A stretch of 63,900 nucleotides of DNA, counting the filler, from Octopus bimaculoides (Eukaryota), in the NCBI RefSeq assembly GCF_001194135.2. It is 6 parts of 6 records of this genome, joined end to end, with 100 filler letters (N's around TTAATTAATTAA, not from the genome) between each part and the next. Parts side by side here need not be neighbours in the genome. Positions count along the whole stretch, not along the records: positions 62,498 to 63,900 come from NC_069003.1; 5 more parts are not named here. One strand, 5' to 3'. The position numbers and the translations under genes are program-made. This document shows positions 63,866 through 63,900 of the stretch, piece by piece; position 1 is the stretch's first letter, and the number at the start of each line of letters is the position of its first letter. The notes beneath the pieces are model-generated. The model was not told where the DNA came from. It searched no databases and saw only the letters and a program-made list of their open reading frames with translations.

Positions 63866-63900
63866 ACTAGCAGTATAACCTGACCTTGTTCGGGTGTGAC
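63866..63900 (+). mobile_element. Possible start of a non-autonomous Helitron-like element
   Basis: (TA)n followed by ACTAGCAGTATAACCTGACCTTGTTCGGG, resembling ACTAGC..CCCG..CG(C/G)G starts of Lep1-type Helitrons. Only 35 bp are visible. Confidence 0.35.

Overview
This is AT-rich, gap-riddled animal genomic DNA with extreme microsatellite density. I found no supportable host protein-coding gene; almost all long ORFs in the track come from microsatellites or N-gaps. The SINE families and microsatellite content look like octopus DNA (inference, not a database result). The window is a transposon graveyard. It holds many tRNA-derived SINEs of about 5 families, and two decayed Penelope-like elements (PLEs), one RT+GIY-YIG and one GIY-YIG plus 3' end. 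It also has two head-to-tail R4/Dong-clade RLE retrotransposon pieces in a (TACA)n array, two LINE 3' ends, four Tc1/mariner pieces, a hAT pseudogene and a possible Helitron start. The most interesting signal is a set of type I hammerhead ribozyme (HHR) motifs, found by eye, with palindromic stem III. One at 83-143 has a canonical core and one lies just downstream of a PLE GIY-YIG ORF. Three inverted-repeat cassettes (12993-13241, 13651-14250, 36031-36170) each carry one HHR-like motif per strand. Other notable items are a SINE with a twin-priming-like 5' inversion nested in another SINE's internal microsatellite, and apparent (TACA)n targeting by the RLE element. TTAATTAATTAA inside 100-bp N blocks is an assembly linker. 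Coordinates were counted by hand and element boundaries are approximate.
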